Source of the DNA: Isurus oxyrinchus
Lineage: Eukaryota
Length of the DNA: 64,000 nucleotides
Reading direction: 5' to 3'
Assembly (NCBI GenBank): GCA_026770705.1
Contig: JANJGN010000163.1
Span: forward strand, 434,001-498,000
Part shown: positions 30,001 to 45,000 of the stretch, in pieces
How the letters are laid out: every line of letters begins with the position of its first letter
Position numbering within the stretch: the stretch's first letter is position 1
Position numbers and translations under genes: made by a program
Notes under the pieces: generated by a model
The model's input: the letters and a program-made list of their open reading frames with translations, nothing else
Told to the model about the DNA's origin: nothing
The model's database searches: none

Positions 30001-33000
30001 ATATCAACCTGGAATTGAAAATCTAATTAGATATCAGACTTGGGATGTCAACCTGGAATTGACAATCTAATTAGATATCAGACTTGGGATGTCAACCTGG
30101 AATTGACAATCTCATTAGATATCAGACTTGGGATGTCAACCTGGAATTGACAATCTAATTAGATATCAAACTTGGGATGTCAACCTGGAATTGACAATCT
30201 AATTAGATATCAGACTTGGGATGTCAACCTGGAATTGACAATCTAATTAGATATCACACTTGGGATGTCAACCTGGATTTGACAATCTAATTAGATATCA
30301 GACTTGGGATGTCAACCTGGAATTGACAATCTAATTAGATATCAGACTTGGGATGTCAACCTGGAATTGACAATCTCATTAGATATCAGACTTGGGATGT
30401 CAACCTGGAATTGACAATCTAATTAGATATCAGACTTGGGATGTCAACTTGGAATTGACAATCTAATTAGATATCAAACTTGGGATGTCAACCTGGAATT
30501 GACAATCTAATTAGATATCAGACTTGGGATGTCAATCTGGAATTGACAATCTAATTAGATATCAGACTTGGGGTGTCAACTTGGAATTGACAATCTAATT
30601 AGATATCAAACTTGGGATGTCAACCTGGAATTGACAATCTAATTCGATATCAAACTTGGGATGTCAACTTGGAATTGACAATCTAATTAGATATCAAACT
30701 TGGGATGTCAACCTTGAATTGACAATCTAATTAGATATCAAACTTGGGATGTCAACCTGGAATTGACAATCTAATTAGATATCAGACTTGGGATGTCAAT
30801 CTGGAATTGACAATCTAATTAGATATCAAAATTGGGATGTCAACCTAGAATTGACAATCTAATTAGATATCAGACTTGGGATGTCAACCTGGAATTGACA
30901 ATCTAATTAGATATCACTCTTGGGATATCAACCTGGAATTGACAATCTAATTAGATATCAGACTTGGGATGTCAACCTGGAATTGACAATCTAATTAGAT
31001 ATCAGACTTGGGATCTCAACCTGGAATTGACAATCTAATTAGAAATCAGACTTGGGATGTCAACTTGGAATTGACAATCTAATTAGATATCACTCCTGGG
31101 ATGTCAACCTGGATTTGACAATCTAATTAGATATCAGACTTGGGATGTCAACTTGGAATTGACAATCTAATTAGATATCAGACTTGGGATGTCAACCTGG
31201 AATTGACAATCTAATTAGAAATCAGACTTGGGATGTCGACTTGGAATTGACAATCGAATTAGATATCAGACTTGGGATGTCAATCTGGAATTGACAATCT
31301 AATTAGATATCAGACTTGGGATGTCAACCAGCTATTGACAATCTAATTAGATATCAGACTTGGGATGTCAACTTGGAATTGACAATCTAATTAGATATCA
31401 AACTTGGGATGTCAACCTGGAATTGACAATCTAATTAGATATCAAACTTGGGATGTCAACTTGGAATTGACAATCTAATTAGATATCAGACTTGGGATGT
31501 CAACCTGGAATTGACAATCTAATTAGATATCAAAATTGGGATGTCAACCTAGAATTGACAATCTAATTAGATATCAGACTTGGGATGTCAACCTGGAATT
31601 GACAATCTAATTAGATATCACACTTGGGATATCAACCTGGAATTGACAATCTAATTAGATATCAGACTTGGGATTTCAACCTGGAATTGACAATCTAATT
31701 AGATATCAGACTTGGGATGTCAACCTGGAATTGACAATCTCATTAGATATCAGACTTGGGATGTCAACCTGGAATTGACAATCTAATTAGATATCAGACT
31801 TGGGATGTCAACCTGGAATTGACAATCTAATTAGATATCAGACTTGGGATGTCAACTTGGAATTGACAATCTAATTAGATATCAGACTTGGCATGTCAAC
31901 CTGGAATTGACAATCTAATTAGAAGTCAGACTTGGGATGTCAACTTGGAATTGACAATCTCATTAGATATCAGACTTGGGATGTCAACCTGGAATTGACA
32001 ATCTAATTAGATATCAGACTTGGGATGTCAACTTGGAAGTGACAATCTAATTAGATACCAGACTTGGGATGTCAACCTGGAATTGACAATCTAATTAGAT
32101 ATCAGACTTGGGATGTCAACTTGGAATTGACAATCTAATTAGATATCACACTTGGGATGTCAACCTGGATTTGACAATCTAATTAGATATCAGACTTGGG
32201 ATGTCAACCTGGAATTGACAATCTAATTAGATATCAGACTTGGGATGTCAACCTGGAATTGACAATCTAATTAGATATCAGAATTGGGATGTCAACCTGG
32301 AATTGACAATCTAATTAGAAATCAGACTTGGGATGTCGACTTGGAATTGACAATCTAATTAGATATCAGACTTGGGATGTCAATCTGGAATTGACAATCT
32401 AATTAGATATCAGACTTGGGATGTCAACCTGCTATTGAAAATCTAATTAGATATCAGACTTGGGATGTCAACTTGGAATTGACAATCTAATTAGATATCA
32501 AACTTGGGATGTCAACCTGGAATTGACAATCTAATTAGATATCAAACTTGGGATGTCAACTTGGAATTGACAATCTAATTAGATATCAGACTTGGGATGT
32601 CAACCTAGAATTGACAATCTAATTAGATATCACACTTGGGATGTCAACCTGGATTTGACAATCTAATTAGATATCAGACTTGGGATGTCAACTTGGAATT
32701 GACAATCTAATTAGATATCACACTTGGGATGTCAACCTGGATTTGACAATCTAATTAGATATCAGACTTGGGATGTCAACCTGGAATTGACAATCTAATT
32801 AGATATCAAACTTGGGATGTCAACCTGGAATTGACAATCTAATTAAATATCAGACTTGGGATGTTAACCTGGAATTGACAATATAATTAGATATCACACT
32901 TGGGATGTCAACCTGGATTTGACAATCTAATTAGATATCAGACTTGGGATGTCAACCTGGAATTGACAATCTAATTAGATATCAGACTTGGGATGTCAAC

Positions 33001-36000
33001 CTGGAATTGACAATCTCATTAGATATCAGACTTGGGATGTCAACCTGGAATTGACAATCTAATTAGATATCAGACTTGGGATGTCAACTTGGAATTGACA
33101 ATCTAATTAGATATCAAACTTGGGATGTCAACCTGGAAATGACAATCTAATTAGATATCAGACTTGGGATGTCAATCTGGAATTGACAATCTAATTAGAT
33201 ATCAGACTTGGGGTGTCAACTTGGAATTGACAATCTAATTAGATATCAAACTTGGGATGTCAACCTGGAATTGACAATCTAATTAGATATCAAACTTGGG
33301 ATGTCAACTTGGAATTGACAATCTAATTAGATATCAAACTTGGGCTGTCAACCTGGAATTGACAATCTAATTAGATATCAAACTTGGGATGTCAACCTGG
33401 AATTGACAATCTAATTAGATATCAGACTTGGGATGTCAACCTGGAATTGACAATCTAATTAGATATCAAAATTGGGATGTCAACCTAGAATTGACAATCT
33501 AATTAGATATCAGACTTGGGATGTCAACCTGGAATTGACAATCTAATTAGATATCAGACTTGGGATATCAACCTGGAATTGACAATCTAATTAGATATCA
33601 GACTTGGGATGTCAACCTGGAATTGACAATCTAATTAGATATCAGACTTGGGATGTCAACCTAGAATTGACAATCTCATTAGATATCAGACTTGGGATGT
33701 CAACCTGGAATTGACAATCTAATTAGATATCAGACTTGGGATGTCAACCTGGAATTGACAATCTAATTAGATATCAGACTTGGGATGTCAACTTGGAATT
33801 GACAATCTAATTAGATATCAGACTTGGCATGTCAACCTGGAATTGACAATCTAATTAGAAATCAGACTTGGGATGTCAACTTGGAATTGACAATCTAATT
33901 AGATATCAGACTTGGGATGTCAACCTGGAATTGACAATCTAATTAGATATCAGACTTGGGATGTCAACTTGGAATTGACAATCTAATTAGATATCAGACT
34001 TGGGATGTCAACCTGGAATTGACAATCTAATTAGATATCAGACTTGGGATGTCAACTTGGAATTGACAATCTAATTAGATATCACACTTGGGATGTCAAC
34101 CTGGATTTGACAATCTAATTAGATATCAGACTTGGGATGTCAACTTGGAATTGACAATCTAATTAGATATCAGACTTGGGATGTCAACCTGGAATTGACA
34201 ATCTAATTAGAAATCAGACTTGGGATGTCGACTTGGAATTGACAATCTAATTAGATATCAGACTTGGGATGTCAATCTGGAATTGACAATCTAATTAGAT
34301 ATCAGACTTGGGATGTCAACCTGCTATTGACAATCTAATTAGATATCAGACTTGGGATGTCAAGTTGGAATTGACAATCTAATTAGATATCAAACTTGGG
34401 ATGTCAACCTGGAATTGACAATCTAATTAGATATCAAAATTGGGATGTCAACTTGGAATTGACAATCTAATTAGATATCAGACTTGGGATGTCAACCTGG
34501 AATTGACAATCTAATTAGATATCAAACTTGGGATGTCAACCTGGAATTGACAATCTAATTAGACATCAGACTTGGGATGTCAACCTGGAATTGACAATCT
34601 AATTAGATATCAGACTTGGGATGTCAACCGGGAATTGACAATCTAATTAGATATCAAACTTGGGATGTCAACCTAGAATTGACAATCTAATTAGATATCA
34701 GACTTGGGATGTCAATCTAGAATTGACAATCTAATTAGATAACAGACTTGGGATGTCAACCTGGAATTGACAATCTAATTAGATATCACACTTGGGATGT
34801 CAACCTGGATTTGACAATCTAATTAGATATCAGACTTGGGATGTCAACCTGGAATTGACAATCTAATTAGATATCAGACTTGGGATGTCAACCTGGAATT
34901 GACAATCTCATTAGATATCAGACTTGGGATGTCAACCTGGAATTGACAATCTAATTAGATATCAGACTTGGGATGTCAACCTGGAATTGACAATCTAATT
35001 AGATATCAGACTTGGGATGTCAACCTGGAATTGACAATCTAATTAGATATCAGACTTGGGATGTCAACCTGGAATTGACAATCTAATTAGATATCAGACT
35101 TGGGATGTCAACCTGGAATTGACAATCTAATTAGATATCAAACTTGGGATGTCAACCTGGAATTGACGATCTAATTAGATAACAGACTTGGGATGTCAAC
35201 CTGGAATTGACAATCTAATTAGATGTCACACTTGGGATGTCAACCTGGATTTGACAATCTAATTAGATATCAGACTTGGGATGTCAACCTGGAATTGACA
35301 ATCTAATTAGATATCAAAATTGGGATGTCAACCTAGAATTGACAATCTAATTAGATATCAGACTTGGGATGTCAACCTGGAATTGACAATCTAATTAGAT
35401 ATCACTCTTGGGATATCAACCTGGAATTGACAATCTAATTAGATATCAGACTTGGGATGTCAACCTGGAATTGACAATCTAATTAGATATCAGACTTGGG
35501 ATCTCAACCTGGAATTGACAATCTAATTAGAAATCAGACTTGGGATGTCAACTTGGAATTGACAATCTAATTAGATATCAGACTTGGGATGTCAATGTGG
35601 AATTGACAATCTAATTAGATATCAGACTTGGGATGTCAACTTGGAATTGACAATCTAATTAGATATCAGACTTGGGATGTCAACCTGGAATTGACAATCT
35701 AATTAGATATCAGACTTGGGATGTCAACTTGGAATTGACAAACTAATTAGATATCACTCCTGGGATGTCAACCTGGATTTGACAATCTAATTAGATATCA
35801 GACTTGGGATGTCAACTTGGAATTGACAATCTAATTAGATATCAGACTTGGGATGTCAACCTGGAATTGACAATCTAATTAGAAATCAGACTTGGGATGT
35901 CGACTTGGAATTGACAATCGAATTAGATATCAGACTTGGGATGTCAATCTGGAATTGACAATCTAATTAGATATCAGACTTGGGATGTCAACCAGCTATT

Positions 36001-39000
36001 GACAATCTAATTAGATATCAGACTTGGGATGTCAACTTGGAATTGACAATCTAATTAGATATCAAACTTGGGATGTCAACCTGGAATTGACAATCTAATT
36101 AGATATCAAACTTGGGATGTCAACTTGGAATTGACAATCTAATTAGATATCAGACTTGGGATGTCAACCTGGAATTGACAATCTAATTAGATATCAAAAT
36201 TGGGATGTCAACCTAGAATTGACAATCTAATTAGATATCAGACTTGGGATGTCAACCTGGAATTGACAATCTAATTAGATATCAGACTTGGGATGTCAAC
36301 CTGGAATTGACAATCTAATTAGATATCAGAATTGGGATGTCAACCTGGAATTGACAATCTAATTAGAAATCAGACTTGGGATGTCGACTTGGAATTGACA
36401 ATCTAATTAGATATCAGACTTGGGATGTCAATCTGGAATTGACAATCTAATTAGATATCAGACTTGGGATGTCAACCTGCTATTGAAAATCTAATTAGAT
36501 ATCAGACTTGGGATGTCAACTTGGAATTGACAATCTAATTAGATATCAAACTTGGGATGTCAACCTGGAATTGACAATCTAATTAGATATCAAACTTGGG
36601 ATGTCAACTTGGAATTGACAATCTAATTAGATATCAGACTTGGGATGTCAACCTAGAATTGACAATCTAATTAGATATCACACTTGGGATGTCAACCTGG
36701 ATTTGACAATCTAATTAGATATCAGACTTGGGATGTCAACTTGGAATTGACAATCTAATTAGATATCACACTTGGGATGTCAACCTGGATTTGACAATCT
36801 AATTAGATATCAGACTTGGGATGTCAACCTGGAATTGACAATCTAATTAGATATCAAACTTGGGATGTCAACCTGGAATTGACAATCTAATTAAATATCA
36901 GACTTGGGATGTTAACCTGGAATTGACAATATAATTAGATATCACACTTGGGATGTCAACCTGGATTTGACAATCTAATTAGATATCAGACTTGGGATGT
37001 CAACCTGGAATTGACAATCTAATTAGATATCAGACTTGGGATGTCAACCTGGAATTGACAATCTCATTAGATATCAGACTTGGGATGTCAACCTGGAATT
37101 GACAATCTAATTAGATATCAGACTTGGGATGTCAACTTGGAATTGACAATCTAATTAGATATCAAACTTGGGATGTCAACCTGGAAATGACAATCTAATT
37201 AGATATCAGACTTGGGATGTCAATCTGGAATTGACAATCTAATTAGATATCAGACTTGGGGTGTCAACTTGGAATTGACAATCTAATTAGATATCAAACT
37301 TGGGATGTCAACCTGGAATTGACAATCTAATTAGATATCAAACTTGGGATGTCAACTTGGAATTGACAATCTAATTAGATATCAAACTTGGGCTGTCAAC
37401 CTGGAATTGACAATCTAATTAGATATCAAACTTGGGATGTCAACCTGGAATTGACAATCTAATTAGATATCAGACTTGGGATGTCAACCTGGAATTGACA
37501 ATCTAATTAGATATCAAAATTGGGATGTCAACCTAGAATTGACAATCTAATTAGATATCAGACTTGGGATGTCAACCTGGAATTGACAATCTAATTAGAT
37601 ATCAGACTTGGGATATCAACCTGGAATTGACAATCTAATTAGATATCAGACTTGGGATGTCAACCTGGAATTGACAATCTAATTAGATATCAGACTTGGG
37701 ATGTCAACCTAGAATTGACAATCTCATTAGATATCAGACTTGGGATGTCAACCTGGAATTGACAATCTAATTAGATATCAGACTTGGGATGTCAACCTGG
37801 AATTGACAATCTAATTAGATATCAGACTTGGGATGTCAACTTGGAATTGACAATCTAATTAGATATCAGACTTGGCATGTCAACCTGGAATTGACAATCT
37901 AATTAGAAATCAGACTTGGGATGTCAACTTGGAATTGACAATCTAATTAGATATCAGACTTGGGATGTCAACCTGGAATTGACAATCTAATTAGATATCA
38001 GACTTGGGATGTCAACTTGGAATTGACAATCTAATTAGATATCAGACTTGGGATGTCAACCTGGAATTGACAATCTAATTAGATATCAGACTTGGGATGT
38101 CAACTTGGAATTGACAATCTAATTAGATATCACACTTGGGATGTCAACCTGGATTTGACAATCTAATTAGATATCAGACTTGGGATGTCAACTTGGAATT
38201 GACAATCTAATTAGATATCAGACTTGGGATGTCAACCTGGAATTGACAATCTAATTAGAAATCAGACTTGGGATGTCGACTTGGAATTGACAATCTAATT
38301 AGATATCAGACTTGGGATGTCAATCTGGAATTGACAATCTAATTAGATATCAGACTTGGGATGTCAACCTGCTATTGACAATCTAATTAGATATCAGACT
38401 TGGGATGTCAAGTTGGAATTGACAATCTAATTAGATATCAAACTTGGGATGTCAACCTGGAATTGACAATCTAATTAGATATCAAAATTGGGATGTCAAC
38501 TTGGAATTGACAATCTAATTAGATATCAGACTTGGGATGTCAACCTGGAATTGACAATCTAATTAGATATCAAACTTGGGATGTCAACCTGGAATTGACA
38601 ATCTAATTAGACATCAGACTTGGGATGTCAACCTGGAATTGACAATCTAATTAGATATCAGACTTGGGATGTCAACCGGGAATTGACAATCTAATTAGAT
38701 ATCAAACTTGGGATGTCAACCTAGAATTGACAATCTAATTAGATATCAGACTTGGGATGTCAATCTAGAATTGACAATCTAATTAGATAACAGACTTGGG
38801 ATGTCAACCTGGAATTGACAATCTAATTAGATATCACACTTGGGATGTCAACCTGGATTTGACAATCTAATTAGATATCAGACTTGGGATGTCAACCTGG
38901 AATTGACAATCTAATTAGATATCAGACTTGGGATGTCAACCTGGAATTGACAATCTCATTAGATATCAGACTTGGGATGTCAACCTGGAATTGACAATCT

Positions 39001-42000
39001 AATTAGATATCAGACTTGGGATGTCAACCTGGAATTGACAATCTAATTAGATATCAGACTTGGGATGTCAACCTGGAATTGACAATCTAATTAGATATCA
39101 GACTTGGGATGTCAACCTGGAATTGACAATCTAATTAGATATCAGACTTGGGATGTCAACCTGGAATTGACAATCTAATTAGATATCAAACTTGGGATGT
39201 CAACCTGGAATTGACGATCTAATTAGATAACAGACTTGGGATGTCAACCTGGAATTGACAATCTAATTAGATGTCACACTTGGGATGTCAACCTGGATTT
39301 GACAATCTAATTAGATATCAGACTTGGGATGTCAACCTGGAATTGACAATCTAATTAGATATCAAAATTGGGATGTCAACCTAGAATTGACAATCTAATT
39401 AGATATCAGACTTGGGATGTCAACCTGGAATTGACAATCTAATTAGATATCACTCTTGGGATATCAACCTGGAATTGACAATCTAATTAGATATCAGACT
39501 TGGGATGTCAACCTGGAATTGACAATCTAATTAGATATCAGACTTGGGATCTCAACCTGGAATTGACAATCTAATTAGAAATCAGACTTGGGATGTCAAC
39601 TTGGAATTGACAATCTAATTAGATATCAGACTTGGGATGTCAATGTGGAATTGACAATCTAATTAGATATCAGACTTGGGATGTCAACTTGGAATTGACA
39701 ATCTAATTAGATATCAGACTTGGGATGTCAACCTGGAATTGACAATCTAATTAGATATCAGACTTGGGATGTCAACTTGGAATTGACAAACTAATTAGAT
39801 ATCACTCCTGGGATGTCAACCTGGATTTGACAATCTAATTAGATATCAGACTTGGGATGTCAACTTGGAATTGACAATCTAATTAGATATCAGACTTGGG
39901 ATGTCAACCTGGAATTGACAATCTAATTAGAAATCAGACTTGGGATGTCGACTTGGAATTGACAATCGAATTAGATATCAGACTTGGGATGTCAATCTGG
40001 AATTGACAATCTAATTAGATATCAGACTTGGGATGTCAACCAGCTATTGACAATCTAATTAGATATCAGACTTGGGATGTCAACTTGGAATTGACAATCT
40101 AATTAGATATCAAACTTGGGATGTCAACCTGGAATTGACAATCTAATTAGATATCAAACTTGGGATGTCAACTTGGAATTGACAATCTAATTAGATATCA
40201 GACTTGGGATGTCAACCTGGAATTGACAATCTAATTAGATATCAAAATTGGGATGTCAACCTAGAATTGACAATCTAATTAGATATCAGACTTGGGATGT
40301 CAACCTGGAATTGACAATCTAATTAGATATCACACTTGGGATATCAACCTGGAATTGACAATCTAATTAGATATCAGACTTGGGATTTCAACCTGGAATT
40401 GACAATCTAATTAGATATCAGACTTGGGATGTCAACCTGGAATTGACAATCTCATTAGATATCAGACTTGGGATGTCAACCTGGAATTGACAATCTAATT
40501 AGATATCAGACTTGGGATGTCAACCTGGAATTGACAATCTAATTAGATATCAGACTTGGGATGTCAACTTGGAATTGACAATCTAATTAGATATCAGACT
40601 TGGCATGTCAACCTGGAATTGACAATCTAATTAGAAGTCAGACTTGGGATGTCAACTTGGAATTGACAATCTCATTAGATATCAGACTTGGGATGTCAAC
40701 CTGGAATTGACAATCTAATTAGATATCAGACTTGGGATGTCAACTTGGAAGTGACAATCTAATTAGATATCAGACTTGGGATGTCAACCTGGAATTGACA
40801 ATCTTATTAGATATCAGACTTGGGATGTCAACTTGGAATTGACAATCTAATTAGATATCACACTTGGGATGTCAACCTGGATTTGACAATCTAATTAGAT
40901 ATCAGACTTGGGATGTCAACCTGGAATTGACAATCTAATTAGATATCAGACTTGGGATGTCAACCTGGAATTGACAATCTAATTAGATATCAGAATTGGG
41001 ATGTCAACCTGGAATTGACAATCTAATTAGAAATCAGACTTGGGATGTCGACTTGGAATTGACAATCTAATTAGATATCAGACTTGGGATGTCAATCTGG
41101 AATTGACAATCTAATTAGATATCAGACTTGGGATGTCAACCTGCTATTGAAAATCTAATTAGATATCAGACTTGGGATGTCAACTTGGAATTGACAATCT
41201 AATTAGATATCAAACTTGGGATGTCAACCTGGAATTGACAATCTAATTAGATATCAAACTTGGGATGTCAACTTGGAATTGACAATCTAATTAGATATCA
41301 GACTTGGGATGTCAACCTAGAATTGACAATCTAATTAGATATCACACTTGGGATGTCAACCTGGATTTGACAATCTAATTAGATATCAGACTTGGGATGT
41401 CAACTTGGAATTGACAATCTAATTAGATATCACACTTGGGATGTCAACCTGGATTTGACAATCTAATTAGATATCAGACTTAGGATGTCAACCTGGAATT
41501 GACAATCTAATTAGATATCAAACTTGGGATGTCAACCTGGAATTGACAATCTAATTAAATATCAGACTTGGGATGTTAACCTGGAATTGACAATATAATT
41601 AGATATCACACTTGGGATGTCAACCTGGATTTGACAATCTAATTAGATATCAGACTTGGGATGTCAACCTGGAATTGACAATCTAATTAGATATCAGACT
41701 TGGGATGTCAACCTGGAATTGACAATCTCATTAGATATCAGACTTGGGATGTCAACCTGGAATTGACAATCTAATTAGATATCAGACTTGGGATGTCAAC
41801 TTGGAATTGACAATCTAATTAGATATCAAACTTGGGATGTCAACCTGGAAATGACAATCTAATTAGATATCAGACTTGGGATGTCAATCTGGAATTGACA
41901 ATCTAATTAGATATCAGACTTGGGGTGTCAACTTGGAATTGACAATCTAATTAGATATCAAACTTGGGATGTCAACCTGGAATTGACAATCTAATTAGAT

Positions 42001-45000
42001 ATCAAACTTGGGATGTCAACTTGGAATTGACAATCTAATTAGATATCAAACTTGGGCTGTCAACCTGGAATTGACAATCTAATTAGATATCAAACTTGGG
42101 ATGTCAACCTGGAATTGACAATCTAATTAGATATCAGACTTGGGATGTCAACCTGGAATTGACAATCTAATTAGATATCAAAATTGGGATGTCAACCTAG
42201 AATTGACAATCTAATTAGATATCAGACTTGGGATGTCAACCTGGAATTGACAATCTAATTAGATATCAGACTTGGGATATCAACCTGGAATTGACAATCT
42301 AATTAGATATCAGACTTGGGATGTCAACCTGGAATTGACAATCTAATTAGATATCAGACTTGGGATGTCAACCTGGAATTGACAATCTCATTAGATATCA
42401 GACTTGGGATGTCAACCTGGAATTGACAATCTAATTAGATATCAGACTTGGGATGTCAACCTGGAATTGACAATCTAATTAGATATCAGACTTGGGATGT
42501 CAACTTGGAATTGACAATCTAATTAGATATCAGACTTGGCATGTCAACCTGGAATTGACAATCTAATTAGAAATCAGACTTGGGATGTCAACTTGGAATT
42601 GACAATCTAATTAGATATCAGACTTGGGATGTCAACCTGGAATTGACAATCTAATTAGATATCAGACTTGGGATGTCAACTTGGAATTGACAATCTAATT
42701 AGATATCAGACTTGGGATGTCAACCTGGAATTGACAATCTAATTAGATATCAGACTTGGGATGTCAACTTGGAATTGACAATCTAATTAGATATCACACT
42801 TGGGATGTCAACCTGGATTTGACAATCTAATTAGATATCAGACTTGGGATGTCAACTTGGAATTGACAATCTAATTAGATATCAGACTTGGGATGTCAAC
42901 CTGGAATTGACAATCTAATTAGAAATCAGACTTGGGATGTCGACTTGGAATTGACAATCTAATTAGATATCAGACTTGGGATGTCAATCTGGAATTGACA
43001 ATCTAATTAGATATCAGACTTGGGATGTCAACCTGCTATTGACAATCTAATTAGATATCAGACTTGGGATGTCAAGTTGGAATTGACAATCTAATTAGAT
43101 ATCAAACTTGGGATGTCAACCTGGAATTGACAATCTAATTAGATATCAAAATTGGGATGTCAACTTGGAATTGACAATCTAATTAGATATCAGACTTGGG
43201 ATGTCAACCTGGAATTGACAATCTAATTAGATATCAAACTTGGGATGTCAACCTGGAATTGACAATCTAATTAGATATCAGACTTGGGATGTCAACCTGG
43301 AATTGACAATCTAATTAGATATCAGACTTGGGATGTCAAGCTGGAATTGACAATCTAATTAGATATCAAACTTGGGATGTCAACCTAGAATTGACAATCT
43401 AATTAGATATCAGACTTGGGATGTCAACCTAGAATTGACAATCTAATTAGATAACAGACTTGGGATGTCAACCTGGAATTGACAATCTAATTAGATAACA
43501 CACTTGGGATGTCAACCTGGATTTGACAATCTAATTAGATATCAGACTTGGGATGTCAACCTGGAATTGACAATCTAATTAGATATCAGACTTGGGATGT
43601 CAACCTGGAATTGACAATCTCATTAGATATCAGACTTGGGATGTCAACCTGGAATTGACAATCTAATTAGATATCAGACTTGGGATGTCAACCTGGAATT
43701 GACAATCTAATTAGATATCAGACTTGGGATGTCAACCTGGAATTGACAATCTAATTAGATATCAGACTTGGGATGTCAACCTGGAATTGACAATCTAATT
43801 AGATATCAGACTTGGGATGTCAACCTGGAATTGACAATCTAATTAGATATCAAACTTGGGATGTCAACCTGGAATTGACGATCTAATTAGATATCAGACT
43901 TGGGATGTCAACCTGGAATTGACAATCTAATTAGATGTCACACTTGGGATGTCAACCTGGATTTGACAATCTAATTAGATATCAGACTTGGGATGTCAAC
44001 CTGGAATTGACAATCTAATTAGATATCAGATTTGGGATGTCAACCTGGAATTGACAATCTCATTAGATATCAGACTTGGGATGTCAACCTGGAATTGACA
44101 ATCTAATTAGATATCACACTTGGGATGTCAACTTGGAATTGACAATCTAATTAGATATCAAACTTTGGATGTCAACCTGGAATTGACAATCAAATTAGAT
44201 ATCAGACTTGGGATGTCAATCTGGAATTGACAATCTAATTAGATATCAGACTTGGAGTGTCAACTTGGAATTGACAATCTAATTAGATATCACACTTGGG
44301 ATGTCAACCTGGATTTGACAATCTAATTAGATATCAGACTTGGGATGTCAACCTGGAATTGACAATCTAATTAGATATCAAACTTGGGATGTCAACCTGG
44401 AATTGACAGTCTAATTAGATATCAGACTTGGGATGTCAACCTGGAATTGACAATCTAATTAGATATCAGACTTGGGATGTCAACCTGGAATTGACAATCT
44501 AATTAGATATCAGACTTGGGATGTCAACCTGGAATTGACAATCTAATTAGATATCAGACTTGGGATGTCAACCTGGAATTGACAATCTAATTAGATATCA
44601 AACTTGGGATGTCAACCTGGAATTGACGATCTAATTAGATATCAGACTTGGGATGTCAACCTGGAATTGACAATCTAATTAGATATCACACTTGGGATGT
44701 CAACCTGGATTTGACAATCTAATTCGATATCAGACTTGGGATGTCAACCTGGAATTGACAATCTCATTAGATATCAGACTTGGGATGTCAACCTGGAATT
44801 GACAATCTAATTAGATATCAGACTTGGGATGTCACCCTGGAATTGACAATCTCATTAGATATCAGACTTGGGATGTCAACCTGGAATTGACAATCTAATT
44901 AGATATCAGACTTGGGATGTCAACTTGGAATTGACAATCTAATTAGATATCAAACTTGGGATGTCAACCTGGAATTGACAATCTAATTAGATATCAGACT